From positions 116,004,001-116,068,000 of the forward strand of contig NC_058373.1 in the NCBI RefSeq assembly GCF_018350175.1: a stretch of DNA of 64,000 nt, written 5' to 3'. Every line of letters begins with the position of its first letter. Position 1 is the stretch's first letter. Below, in pieces: positions 40,053-52,986 of this stretch. Both the position numbers and the translations under genes were made by a program. This stretch comes from Felis catus (Eukaryota). The notes beneath the pieces were generated by a model. The model ran no database searches, was not told where the DNA came from, and was given only the letters and a program-made list of their open reading frames with translations.

Positions 40053-40440
40053 TGTGCTAGAAATCTGTTTGTCCTCTGCCCTACTGTGAACCCCCAAGAG
40101 GCTGGACCATCCCAACTACATCAGTGGAGTTCAATAGGAAGAAGAGAGGAAGGTCAAGGTGTTCATTCACAAGCTAGATGAGTTCCTCAACCAAAGGTCT
40201 GGGTGACTTTGGCTCCTGCCAAATGGCCCTATCCACATGCTCTCTCCTGCATTCTGGGAATTTTCTCTCTTATCCTTGCAGCCTAGGTCTGATAATCTCT
40301 TTCTAATGTTACCAGCTCCAGGGTACCACACTATCCCTCATTTTCCTGTACTCTGTCCTCACTGTTGACAATAGTCTCTTCATTAAACTCTCCTCAAGTT
40401 ACCAATTACCCAATTTAAGTGTGCCACAACCTGACTAATT
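40053..40440 (+). mobile_element. LTR33-like ERVL LTR relic
   Basis: 3' end AATAGTCTCTTCATTAAACTCTCCTCAAG...TTACCCAATTTAAGTGTGCCA...CTGACTAAT. Confidence 0.5.
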
Positions 40441-41289
40441 TACTCTTTGAATCCCTGGCAAAGAGTCTAGCACCTAAATGTTGAATGAAACGAGGAAAAT
40501 GACCTAAGCCATGGGCTACTTCAGCTTACTCCATTTCACCTCCATTTCACAAGAAAGCGGAAAATCCCTAGTTCAGAAGTCAGAAGTGAAGTGAGGCAGT
40601 TTCAGGGTTGGCAAATAAGGGGATTGTGGGGATTCCTTTGACAGGACATGTGATGGGGAATTGGAAGAGGCTGTCGGGAAGATGCCCTCTTACATAAGCA
40701 GTCCCCAAGCCCTTCTGCAGAGCTTCCAGAGAACTGAGCAGATGCCCCCTGTGATCATCCCCACAAGGGAAGTCCATTTACTACAGTGACTCTGTCCCTG
40801 GTTGGATGGGAAAGCTCTCAAATCTTTCTTTTCTTCCTCTTGGTCTTGACCCTAGAGAAGTACTTAGAAAAATAATTGGAAATGTTGCGTCTTCCATCCT
40901 CACACCCAAATCCAGCAGCCTGAAACTCAAGCTCAAGAGGTGTAGGAGGGGCAAGGCCCACAATTATCAAAGCTGGATAGACTGCATTATTGAGCAGAAT
41001 GAGGTCAAGGCCACAGCCTGGCAGCAGGATCCTGAGATGATTCATGTACCACACAACCCTGTGGGGTCCTCCCACCGTCCAGGGCTGCTACAGCTGAGAG
41101 AGACCTCAGTGTCACCACACAGTAGAAACACCACACAGTGTTTCCACAACAGTAGAAACTGGTCACCAGGAAGAAGAAGGAGATCTTGGTCACCAAGATG
41201 ACACGATAAGTTAATGCAAGGGAGGTGCCAGAATGTATGTCCCCTAGTGAGCAAACCTACTGTCTCATTGTAAATACACCACATTGCCT

Positions 41290-41689
41290 TTTTTGTTGTT
41301 GTTGTTCTTTTTTTTTTGTTTCACGTTTTTATTTAACTTCCAGGTAAACATACAGTGCAATATTAGTTCAGATATAGAATTTAGTGATTCATCACTTATA
41401 TGTAACACCCAGCGCTCATCACAAATGCCCTCCTTAATATCCATCCCTATTCAACCCATTGCCTGCCCACCTTTCTTCCAGCAACCCTCAGTATGTTTTC
41501 TATAGTATGGTTTGCCTCTCATTCCCCCCCCCCATGTTCATTTGTTTTGTTTCTTAAATTCCACATATGAGTGAAATCATATGGTCTTTCTTTCTCTGAT
41601 TGACTTATTTCACTTAGCATTATACTTTCTAGCTCCATCAACATCATTGCAAATGGAAAGATTTCATTCTTTTTCATGGCTAATATTCC

Positions 41690-41741
<52 letters not shown>

Positions 41742-43380
41742 ATCTTTATCCATTCATCAGTCAATGGACATTTGGGCTCTTTCCATAATTTGACTATTGT
41801 TGATAATGCTGCTATCCTTTCAAATCAGTATTTTTGTATCCTTTGGGTAAATACCTTGTTGTGCAATTGCTGGGTCATAGAGTAGTTCTATTTTTAACTT
41901 TTTGAGGCACCTCCATACAGTTTTCCAGAGTGGCTGTACCAGTTTGCATTCTCACCAACAGTGTAAGAAGGCTCCTCTTTCTCCGTATCCTTGCCAACAT
42001 CTGTTTCCTGTGTTGTTAATTTTAGCCATTCTGACAGGTATGAGGTGATATCTCAATGTGGTTTTGATTTGTATTTCCCTGATGATGAGTGATGTTGAGC
42101 ATTTTTTCATGTGGCTGTTAGCCATTTGGATGTCTTCTTTGGAAAATATCTATTCATGTCTTCTGCCCATTTTTAAACTGGATTGTTTGTATTTTGGGTG
42201 TTGAGTTTAGTAAGTTCTTTATATATTTTGGATACTAACCCATTATCAGATACGTCATTTTCAAATATCTTCTCCCATTCCAAAGGCCGCCTTTTAGTTT
42301 TGTTGAGTGTTTCCTTCGCTGTGCAGAGGCTTTTTATCTTGATGAGGTCCCAATAGCTCATTTTTGCTTTTGTTTCCCTTGACTCAGGAGATGTATCTAG
42401 TAAGAAAATTGCATGGCCGATGTCAAAGAGGTTACTGCCTGTGTTCTTCTCTCGGATTTTTATGATTTCCTATCTTACATTTAGATCTTTCATCCATTTT
42501 GAATTTATTTTTGTGTATGGTGTAAAAAAAGTGGTCCAGTTTCATTCTTCTGCATGTTGCTGTTCAGTTTTCCCAACACCATTTTTTTCCCATTGAATCT
42601 TCTTTCCTACTTTGCCAAAGTTTAGTTGGCAATATGGTTGTGGGTCCGTTTCTGGGTTTTCTATTTTGTTCCATTGATCTATGTCTGTTTTTGTGCCAGC
42701 ACCATACTGTCTTGATCACTACAGCTCTGATTATCTTGAAGTTTGGAATTTTGATGCTTCCAGGGTTGTTTTTCTTTTTCAAGATTGCTTTGGCTATTCA
42801 GGGTCTTTTGTGGTTCCATACAAATTTTAGGATCACTTGTTCTAGCTCTTGCAGAGCTAGAAGCACTGGTGGTATTTTGATAGGAATTGCATTAAGTGCA
42901 TAGATTACTTTGGGTAATATATATGTTTTAACAATATTTGTTTTTCCAATCCATGAACATGGAATGTTTTCCCATTTCTCTGTCTCATCTTCAGTTTCTT
43001 TCATAAGTGTTCTATAGCTTTCAGAATGCAGATCTTTTACCTCCTTGGTTAGGTTTATTTGGCGGTATCTTACGGTTTTTGGTGCAACTGTAAATGGGAT
43101 TGATTCCTTGATTTCTTTCTGCTGCTTCATTATTGGTGTATAGAAATACCACAGATTTCTGTATGTCAATTTTGTATCCTGAGACTACTTAATTCATGCA
43201 TCAGTTCTAGCAATTCTGGGCAGGGGGAGGGGGTCGGTCTTTCAGGTTTTCTACATAGAGTATCATGTCATCTGCGAATAGTGAAAGTTTGACTTCCTCC
43301 TTGCTGGTTTGGATACCTTTTATTCCTTTTTATTGTCTGATTGCTGGGGCTAGGACTTCCAGTACTGTGTTAAATGGCAG
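41290..43380 (-). mobile_element. 5'-truncated carnivore L1, about 2.1 kb
   Basis: T-rich tail at the left; minus peptides [21 protein letters not shown]...[12 protein letters not shown] and WDLIKIKSLCTAKET; internal (CA)n. Confidence 0.93.
41693..41739. repeat. (CA)n microsatellite
   Basis: About 23 perfect units. Confidence 0.97.
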
Positions 43381-43785
43381 TGCCATGTTACCTTCTGAGA
43401 ACAGGGGGTTCTTCCAAGATGTTAGGCTTTAGTGGGAGGGGTAGATTAACACACACACACACACACGGGACAGACTACAAGTGTCTCCCACTGAGTGATC
43501 TGGAGAAGAGAATTAACACTGGTTGAGCCATGGCTACTTACCAGGCCCTGTGCACTATATTGGCAAGGTTAAGAGTCCTGGCTTGGGGCTCAGACAAATA
43601 TGGACCAGAGTTTTATGTGACCCTGGATAGGTGACACAGCTCCTCCAAGCCTCAGGTTCCTCTTCTGTAAAATGAAGATAAACAGAGTGCCTCACAGGCT
43701 TGGGGGGAAGATTAAATAAAATAATCCATGTACAGTAATAAGCCCTTGGAACATTTGAAAACTGGCACTGAATAAGCCACAAGAC

Positions 43786-43989
43786 ATTTTTTTAAGTTTA
43801 TTTATTTATTTTGAGAGAGAGAAAGAGAGAATGAGATGGTGAGAGGCAGAGAGAAAGAGGTACAAAGGATCCAAAGTGGGCTCTGTGCTGACAGCAGAGA
43901 GCCCGATGAGGGGCTTGAACTCAGGAACCATGAGATCATGACCTAAGCTGAAGTTGGATGTTTAACTGACTGAGCCACCCAGGCGCCCC
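43786..43989 (-). mobile_element. Can-SINE
   Basis: Reverse-complement head and tail. Confidence 0.92.
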
Positions 43990-44109
43990 TGTTGGCTGTT
44001 ATTTTTATCTACAGCAATTGTCTTCTTTAATCCTCACAACTTCTTTTTAAGAGAAGTAGGACATAGGCTCAGAGAGGTAGGTTACTTGCTCAGATTCATG
44101 TATTCTTGC

Positions 44110-44560
44110 AAATGTGTTAAGCTCCTGTCAAGAACCAGACACTGTTCCAGACACTGGGCATATTGCAGTGAACAAAGCAGATGAAAATCCCTGTCCTCAT
44201 GGGGCTTCCATTGTAGCTGGGGAAGACAGACAATAAACAAAAGTCTAAGTGAACTGTATGCTATGCTGGGGGTGGGGGGTGGGGTGTCATAAGTGCCCTG
44301 GAGAAAAAAAGCAAGGAAGGAGATGGGGTGAGGGCAGGGAGGATTGCAATTTTAGAGACTGGTCGTGGAAGGCCTTCACTTGATGACATTGACCAAAGGC
44401 TTGAAGAAGGCAGGGGTATAGGCATGTGGATCTCTGGTGGAAGAATTCCAGAGCAAGGGAAGCACACGTGCAAAGGCCCTGAGGCAGGCACCAAGTATTA
44501 GAGGGCCCACACGGGGTAGTGCTCAGAAACAGGGGTGCGGGGAGAAGCAGTAGGAGATGA
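44110..44560 (-). mobile_element. L2 fragment
   Basis: GCAGTGAACAAAGCAGATGAAAATCCCTGTCCTCATGG...TGCAAAGGCCCTGAGGCAGG. Confidence 0.7.
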
Positions 44561-44890
44561 AGTTAGAAAACGTTGTAAATCATGGTGCCGGAAGCTGGGA
44601 TTTGAACCCAGAACTGATTTCCAAACCCATGCTCACACACACCCCCTGCCTTGCTCAGCCCCATCACAGGCTCCCTAGATGATTGGCCGGTATGGTTAGG
44701 CGAGTAGCGGGGGTTGATTCTGGTCTTTCCAGAGAGGGCTTTGTGTGGTTCAAAGTCAGACACCAGGAAGGGGGGTGAAGAATTCCATTAAGTGTAATGA
44801 AGAATTCCAAGTAAGTGTATTATTTCTATATTCAGAACCAAAAATCAGAATCTAAGTTTCAGTCCGTACATGAACTTATAAAGAAGGTCG

Positions 44891-45828
44891 TGATGAGGGA
44901 GTATAAGGCAAGCTGAGAGCAAAGCACAGACTAACACCCCCCATCCCCCAACCCAGGTAGGATATGTGTGACAATCCCCAGGCACTCCTGGGTGCCCAAG
45001 AACAAAGGAAAGGAAAGAAAACAAATGGTCAACTGATGGAGATCACAATCATACAGGACATGAGTCTCCATCGGTTTACAAATACCTCAGTAAATTACAA
45101 GAAAAAGGCAATCTTATCAATAGCCTAATCTCCAGAAACCTATCGTCTCAGTTTCCTGGAGCCCCAACATCACCCTCCCCTCCATAGTGATGTGGGGAAC
45201 AAAGGCAAGAAGGAAATGGCAAGTAAAATTAAATTTCTTTATAACCAGCAGCCCATTGACAAATACTTGAAGTAAATATTGAGTATGGGAACCCCTTACT
45301 GTCTTTTTTTTTTTTTTAATTTTTTTTAACGTTTATTTATTTTTGAGACAGAGAGAGACAGAGCATGAACGGGGGAGGGGCAGAGAGAGAGGGAGACACA
45401 GAACTGTAAGCAGGCTGCAGTCTCTGAGCCATCAGCCCAGAGCCCGACACGGGGCTCGAACTCACGGACCGCGAGATCATGACCTGGTTGAAGTCGGACG
45501 CTCAACCGACTGAGCCACCCAGGCGCACCCCCCCTACTGTCTTAATGTTAATGCTCTACTAGAGAGAAAGCAACCTTAGCTTCACAATAGCACTGCCCCT
45601 GGCATCTTAGGAGTCTCCTTTAGCACATCAAAGTCCTTCTGGAAACCTCCCTTTTGCCTTTACCTCCCCCAACTCCATAGTATGTAACCAGTCCCAGCGG
45701 CTGCTCTTTCTGCCTTTGGGTCCCCCCCCCACCCCCGCGCTTTGACTAAATCACCCCTTTTGCACCAAAGACATCTTCAAGAATTCTTTCCTGGCTCTCA
45801 GCTCCAAACCCCCTTCACTCCAAAAACA
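44891..45828 (+). mobile_element. Probable solo ERV LTR, interrupted by a Can-SINE at 45304-45530
   Basis: TG...CA ends, degenerate TATA-like (TATGTAACC) and poly(A)-signal-like (ACTAAA) motifs. LTR TSD not identified. The SINE has TSD CCCT(T)ACTGTCTT. Confidence 0.5.
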
Positions 45829-46897
45829 GAATATTTGAAATCAGGGCACCCAAGACATCCAGAATGTGGTCACCTTAAACAAACACAAATGCTCTTCAAT
45901 CCCAAAGATCCTCAGCTGCCTTAGCTTTAGCCCCCTCCAGGCAGGAGCGCTGGAGAGCGCCCCCTTCACTGGCCCTGGGAAAGGAGACCTGGGACTCCTT
46001 AAATGCTTCCATGTGCTATAGCAGCAGCAAGGTCCAAATGGACAGACAGAATGCAAGAGGGCAGCGGGGAGGGCTGGAGACCGGGTCCTGACTTCCAGGC
46101 ACTCCCAGGAGTACCTTCCTCATCCTTCCATGGGAAGAGGACCTCCACCCACACCCCTCCCCCGCCCCCAGGGAATTGCTAAGAAAGATCAAAGAGAACC
46201 TCTTGAAAGGGCTGGCTCCCATTCTGAGTAATTGCCAGGTAAGCATACTGTGTCTTTACTTTGCCATGGGCCTGTGCTGGCAGAGCTGGATAGAGGAAAT
46301 TGCTCACCTTGGGGAGGGGCAGGAACTCTTCTGGGCCATCACGGTCCGCTGGGTAGGTTGCCTTGGTCAAGGTGAGATGGTTCCCCGTGACTGGAAGAGT
46401 GAACTATCTTCTACTCACAGAGCGTTTCAGTTATCTGACTGGTACATTCCTCTTCCTTCTCCGTCAGACCTCTGAAGCAGTCACCACACCTCCGCGCAGA
46501 CTGAGAAAACAGGAAGTATGTCGGAGAGGGTGGGAATTCACGTGGCAGGAGACAAGATTGCTCTATGGTTACAGGAGGAGGCCGTAGGGCTACCTCCGGA
46601 GAGGATCCTGTGCTGGTTCCCATCCTGGTCATTCTCTGATAGCACCCACCGGCTGAGCAACCTTGAGCAAATCAGCTCACCACTCTGGCCCTCAGATTTC
46701 TCATATGTAAAATGAGAAGATAAGGGCTAAGTTCACGTTGGGCTCTAAAATTCTGTGATTTTAAGCCGAAGAAGAGATTGCACGGGAGCACTTGTAACGA
46801 GTGGGATGGCTCATGATCGCACTGAGATGATCCACCTGTTTCAGATCCAGAAACCCCTCCAGCTGAACGTCATTGCCACAGGCCAGACCGAGCCCTC

Positions 46898-47019
46898 GAT
46901 GGGAATGTTCTTAGGGCGAGCAAAACCAAAACCAAAAAACAAAAACATTAAAGGGGCTGATGGGAATGTTCTTAGGGCGAGCAAAACCAAAACCAAAAAA
47001 CAAAAACATTAAAGGGGCT
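46898..47019. repeat. Perfect 61-bp tandem duplication, 2 copies
   Basis: GATGGGAATGTTCTTAGGGCGAGCAAAACCAAAACCAAAAAACAAAAACATTAAAGGGGCT at 46898-46958 and 46959-47019. Confidence 0.97.
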
Positions 47020-47819
47020 CGTCCTTTTTGCTTGGAGCTTGGAGGCCCCAAGGAAAAACATGCAAATAGAGCTAAGGACACACACATACACACACAGCCC
47101 CTGAATTTTAGTATCACAAGATTGCTCTCAGAAGCTGCGTCAACAACTTGGCCCCCCAGTTGGTGCCAGCTAAGCCCTCTCACTTAATTACACGCCTAGG
47201 GCACTGCAATTTACAATCCGGGCAACCACGTTCTATGCAATTACAAACGAACGAAACAGGTCCCTAATATTTTGTTAGAATTTGTCCCTGCCTTTCTCCC
47301 CCCTTCCCTGGTAATACTAATGTTCCTCACTTACAGTCCCCTGTTCCCAGTGCCTGTCCATGACTCTCCAATGTCAGCCAAGAGGCCCACTGTTGGGTGC
47401 CACTCACATCAACAGTTTTGCTGTCTCCCAATCTGACCTTCCAGGTCACTGTGCTTCCGTTTTTTCCCAACTGAGAAACACACGATTCCTGGACTGAGTG
47501 GGGATGCTGAGTGGATTTTGCACCATCATTGGCTTCGAGAGTGAGATTTCAGATTCCAGCCTCGATTCCTTTTCATTTATGAATCAGCTCTGCTTTTTCT
47601 GCCTTTCCGGGTTTCTGAGCAAAACTTGGTGCCTAAGAGACACGACCAGCCAGAATCACAGGGGACAGGGAACCCTGAACCCAGTGCGTTCACTTTTGTA
47701 CATCATCTCAACCAAACGTTACCCCAACTACACACTCTTATGAGAGATGTGAGCAGCTGTGTGGTCTGGCTTGAATGTTCCTCCCTCCCCTCCTGCCCCC
47801 CCCGCCCCCCCCCCGCAAA

Positions 47820-48840
47820 TGCTACCACATCAGCAAGCCCTGGGGGTTCTACTTTAAAGATGGTGAATATTTGTCTCCCTTTCTCCACTTCCAAGTGTCA
47901 CCACCCCTGTCCAGGCTACTATCACTTCCTGGGCGTCAGGCGGACAAGTGCTCCAGCTTCCTTTGACAGTTGTGACCTTTTCATTCCTCCTGTCAATCCA
48001 TTCTCCACTCCGCAGCCCGAACGATCTTTTCAAAGCTCAAAGTAGATTATGTCACCCATGATTGAAAACGTTGACTTCTTTCAACTTAGAATAAAATCCA
48101 AACTCTTCACTATGGTCTGAAAGTCCTCCAGTGCAGTCCTCTCTCGACAGGCTCCGCATCTTTTGGGTCTAGCTTAAATCAATGGTTCTCAACAAGGAGC
48201 AATTTTGGCCCCCGAGGGACTTTTGACAATATCTAGAGACATTTTTGGTTGCCACAAATGGGAAGGAGGGTGCTGCTGGCATCCAGGAGGCAGAGCCAGG
48301 CGCGCTGCTAAACATTCTGCAACACACAGGGTAGTTACCACAAGGAACTGTCTGGCCCAAAACGTCAGTGGTGCCGAGGGTGAGAAATCTTGGTTCAAAT
48401 TTCCTTCTGCAGAGAGACCTTCCATGACTACCTGTATCTAAAGTGGTTCCCGGAGCTCCTGGGTGGCTCAGTTGGTGAAGCTTGTGACTTCTATTCAGGT
48501 CATGATCTCACGGCTCAGGGGTTCGAGGCCCACATTGGGCTCTGTACGAAGGCACAGACCCTGCTTCGGATCCTCTGGCCCCTCTCTCTCTGCCCCCCTC
48601 CTGCTCATGCTTTCTCTCTCTCTCTCTCTCTCGAAAATAAATAAATACATTAAAAAATAAATAAAATGGCTCCCATTCCCCTTGCCTTTCACATCACTAA
48701 CAACAATCTGTCAGTGTGTTCTTGTTGCTTACACACTTGTTGTGTGCCCCAGCAGGCTGGAGACCAAGTATGTCTTGTTTAGCTTGGTTGCCTCGGTGCC
48801 CACCATATAGTAGGTGCTCAATAAATACTTGCGGCATGAA
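47820..48840 (+). mobile_element. L2 fragment interrupted by MER20 (48180-48390) and a Can-SINE (48452-48665)
   Basis: L2 motifs CTTAGAATAAAATCCAAACTC and TAGTAGGTGCTCAATAAATACTTG; MER20 start CAATGGTTCTCAAC. Confidence 0.7.
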
Positions 48841-49828
48841 GGGCAGGAAGGAAAGGAAGATGGGAAGGGGAAGGGGCAATCAAGGTTAAATATAACTCTT
48901 TATTTTTCTGAGAAGTATAATGCCCACCTCCATCTTTATGTAGAAAACCTGCTGTTCAGCTTGGCTGCCTGCACTGATAGTGTTACGAGAGAATAAGCCG
49001 TGTGGACTTGGAAACGTTCTAAAACGTCTGTGGCCGATGGCGGCACCAAGCTGTCAGGATTCCTTCGATATTGACTTTTTTTTTTCCCAACAAGTCCACC
49101 TGAGGGTAGGAACTGTGTCTAATTCAGTCTTTATTGCAGACCCAGCTCCTTGCATACTGCTTAGGACCCAGAGAGCAGATTAAACAACGCATACGTGAGT
49201 CAATGAATGAACGAATGAACGGCCAACAGAGGACACATGTAAATCGCCAGCCTAGAGGATGCAGGAGAGCTGATACCCCGTTTCACCCACTTCTCTAGCA
49301 GCTGATGAACCCAGTCAGAGAGCCAGCCCCCAATTTAGGCTCTAGCTCCTTTTGCTGGTGACCCTTAAAAGAGCATTGCCACGAGAAACGTCACCTCTGG
49401 ATGAGACCTCTACCCTCTGTCAGCTGTTTCACACTGCCCTTGGAGGGAAAATAAATTTGGCTTCAAGTTTCCCCAACGCCCATTTATAGTTCCTCACACA
49501 AAGCCCAGGCATTTATACTATTTGGTCACCAAAGGCCAGCTAAGTCTCTCAGAGGTGACCTTTTCTCCACCCCGCCCCCAGCCCCCCAACTACCCCCTCA
49601 GGGCTTCCAAGGGCCAATGGGAAGGAGCTGCAGGCTGTGAGGCTTCCAGAATGCACTCCTTGCTGGAATGAATCTGCCTAAATTTCACTCTTAAACCCCA
49701 GAGATTAATGTTATCTTATTAGCAACACAAAATGGAAAAGACTGAGCTCTTTCAGTTTAATCTGCTTAGTTTCCCAGGGCTGCAGGGAGCTGCTCCAAGG
49801 AATGTGGCTTGGCTTTAGTTACAGGACG

Positions 49829-49864
<36 letters not shown>

Positions 49865-50114
49865 AACATATTATTTGGCATAAATCTACCTATCTAATTT
49901 AAATTTTGAAAACCCACTGATTAAGTCCTGGGCCTTTCACTTTTTTTCCTATGGAGTCTACAAATATCATTGCTATTAGGAAATCTCATACTATGAAACT
50001 CGCTGCTGCAAATCTTGCTTTTATTCTCTCCCTCCCTCCCCACCCACCGCCCTTCCTCACGCTCTCTCAAATCTTCTCTATTCTCATTAGCACCATCTGG
50101 TGGTGATTCACATC

Positions 50115-51690
50115 TTCTAGTACTTTTAGACCCCAAAGAGTGTATGTGTATATATACGCGTTATCTCTACTATATTTATCTATCTTATTCGAAAATAAAA
50201 ACCAAGAAAAAAGTTTTAATTTCTTGATTCATTTTAAAAGGAAAATAATCAGGGGTGCCTGGGTAGCTCAGTTAAGCGTCTGACTCTTAATTTTGGCTCA
50301 GGTCATGATCTCATGGTTCTCGGGAGTGAGTTCAAGCCCTGCATGAGGCTCTGGGCTGGCAGTGCTGAGCCTGCTTGGGATTCTCTCTTCCTCTCTCCCT
50401 GCCCCTCTCCCACTCGCTCTCTCGCTCTCAAAAATAAATAAACTTAAAATAAAAATAATAATCTTATTAAATGTTTCACATAAATAACGTTTTAATGAAA
50501 AAATAACCATGTTTTCCAAAACGCAAAAATTTTACGAACAGAATGTCAACATTTCACATTTCTTGCACCGCTCTTTAATGTCTGGCTTAATAAAAGACGG
50601 CCAAATTCTATATCTGCTTCTGCATTCAACCTGTTGTAATAGCTTGTTTTCGCTGAAACATATAAAGAAAATCTGGCCTCAGATAGACATGTAGTTGGAA
50701 AAAGGAGTGTGTTGATAACTTTTTCAGATAATTATGGGCATTCTTTTTTGACACTATACCAAATCTCAACAAGTTATGGCTTTTTAAAGCTTAGTTGGAA
50801 TGTGGAATCTGAAATAATATCCATGGACTTTGTGTACCGTGCTGTATTCATATCCATTGGTCTATCTTGGACTTTGAATAGAGTTCTGATGCATGATTTT
50901 GTAACTTCATTCATTGTCATATGAAAAATGTTAGTTTATGAGTTATGGAGAACTTGTAAATGTTGGCACATTTCATGATACGACATCGGAAAAAATCACA
51001 GTCGTAAACATCGCTGCCAATCTCATCAGAAAAGGCGTTAAGTGTCAGGAAGCCGTCAAGCTCATGACAGACTCGAGTTTTTCCAAAATCCTAATTTTCA
51101 CTTGAAAGCTTGAATTTTGTCATTGGGAACAAATAGTGTCAGCTGTCTGAAGTAACAGTCTCACTTCATTCATTTTTGGGAAAAAAATCTGCCAAGTCGT
51201 CAGGCCCGAATAACCACAGTCTGCCTGACAATCATTCTTTCGAGTAACAACAGTGTTGGGTGAAGAAACAGCAGCTGGCGACTCAGTCACACACATGCTT
51301 TCCCTTCAGACAGCCCTTGGGTTTCCATTTGCCGCAGGAGGGCTTTGTGTGAACTTTGCCTTGCAGCGCATGGAACGTTAAAAAGGTGTACTCACAAAAC
51401 CAAGATGCAATTACCTTAAGAACGCTACCTGTTTTGTCAAGGACATTCTTCAGCGAGACTGGCATTTCCGTTACCGTGAGTGCGTGGCGGTGAAGGGTGC
51501 AAACGCTGTCCAGTTTGGTGTCGCTGCCACGACATGTGCCAAGGTGCCCCGAGTTTGCCGCACCACTCTTTTGCGCCCCTGGTGCAGATACGAACACAGT
51601 GGAAAGGTAAACAATAGTTTAATATCATTGGGAAAATAGCGTTGACCTTGACGACCTCCAGGGGTCTATGGAACAGACTTTGAAGCTCTT
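50115..51690 (-). mobile_element. Charlie1-like hAT transposon remnant, interrupted by a Can-SINE at 50252-50460
   Basis: TGTCTGGCTTAATAAAAGAC...TATCTGCTTCTGCATTCAA resembles Charlie1; minus ORF contains CTLHRHALTVTEMPVSLKNVLD, the hAT CxxH motif. Confidence 0.75.
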
Positions 51691-52335
51691 TCCTCTACCT
51701 CCCAACATGGGCTGCCAGAGGCTGTTATAGTCTGTCATCAATATCATTTGCTGAGAGAGGGGGTCAAGACAAAGATGCCCTGTGCCCCAAACCCTTCACT
51801 CCATATGTTATTTTCCGTTGCCTGCCCCTTTTTTGATTCTCTGGAGCAAGTCTCCTTCGAGACTCTTTAGAGACTCTCCCCCTCACTCCAGGGCAGACTA
51901 AATAGCGCAGGGGGAACCCAGCTGGAAGTACCCACACCTCCTCCCACCTGTGCTAAAATTTATCTTTTCTTTTTCTCGCCCAGTTATCACCTAAGCCTAA
52001 CACTTACATAAAGAAAAGGCTACAGGAATGAAGTGCCCTGTGAGGTGTGGATAAGATAAGCAATCTGGCAGGAGGATTAAAAAGCCCTAAGGGTGGCTCA
52101 AACAATCCTTGGAATCCCCCTTACCATCGGTCACCCAGAGACTACTTCAGTCTTACTCATCTTTCAGGCCTCAACTTACATATCGCCTTCCACCTCTTCC
52201 CCGCCCCCACGTTCCAGTGCCTTCCTTGTGGCCTTACCGGATTTTCCCTACTACACAGTAAATTCCTAAAAGGCTTTTTTGTCTTGTTCACTCTCAGGAA
52301 GTTTAAAACACAGAGGGGATGTGTTTATGCACTCC

Positions 52336-52545
52336 TTTTTTTTTTTTCCTTTTTAATGTTTATTTATTTTGAGAGAGAGAGAGAGAGGCGCAGAGAGGTG
52401 GGGTGGGAGAGAGAGAATCCCAAGCAGTTTCCACCCTGTCAGCACAGAGCTTGGCTCGGGGCTCGATCTCACAAGTCGTGAGATCATGACCTGAACTGAA
52501 ATCAAGAGTCAGACACTTGACCGACGGAGTCACCCAGGTGCCCCC
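52336..52545 (-). mobile_element. Can-SINE
   Basis: Reverse-complement head and tail; TSD-like TATGCA(C/T)TC. Confidence 0.92.
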
Positions 52546-52765
52546 ATATGCATTCTTTTTTTAAGTGGATGTCTTCAGATGGGGCAGGCCTCTCCATTCA
52601 CCACCGCCCATTCCGCATCCTACTGTCTTAAGAATGCATCCCTCATTGCCTGTGCCCCAACAGAATTGGAATTTGCTGGTCACACTGAATCGCAGCCCAG
52701 AGTAGGCCCTCAATCAGTACTTAATTAGAAGGATTCTTCTCTTTTCAGGTTGGGAGTCAGCGTCT

Positions 52766-52986
52766 TTTTAAATTTTTTTTTTTCAACGTTTATTTATTTT
52801 TGGGACAGAGAGAGACAGAGCATGAACGGGGGAGGGGCAGAGAGAGAGGGAGACACAGAATCGGAAACAGGCTCCAGCCTCTGAGCCATCAGCCCAGAGC
52901 CCGATGCGGGGCTCGAACTCACGGACCGCGAGATCGTGACCTGGTTGAAGTCGGACGCTTAACCGACTGCGCCACCCAGGCGCCCC
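52766..52986 (-). mobile_element. Can-SINE, young felid subfamily
   Basis: TSD TCAGCGTCTTTTTAA. Confidence 0.95.

Noticed and set aside
49834..49860. Isolated poly-A run, also at 14143-14163
   Set aside because: No TSD or upstream retrocopy found; treated as a simple homopolymer.
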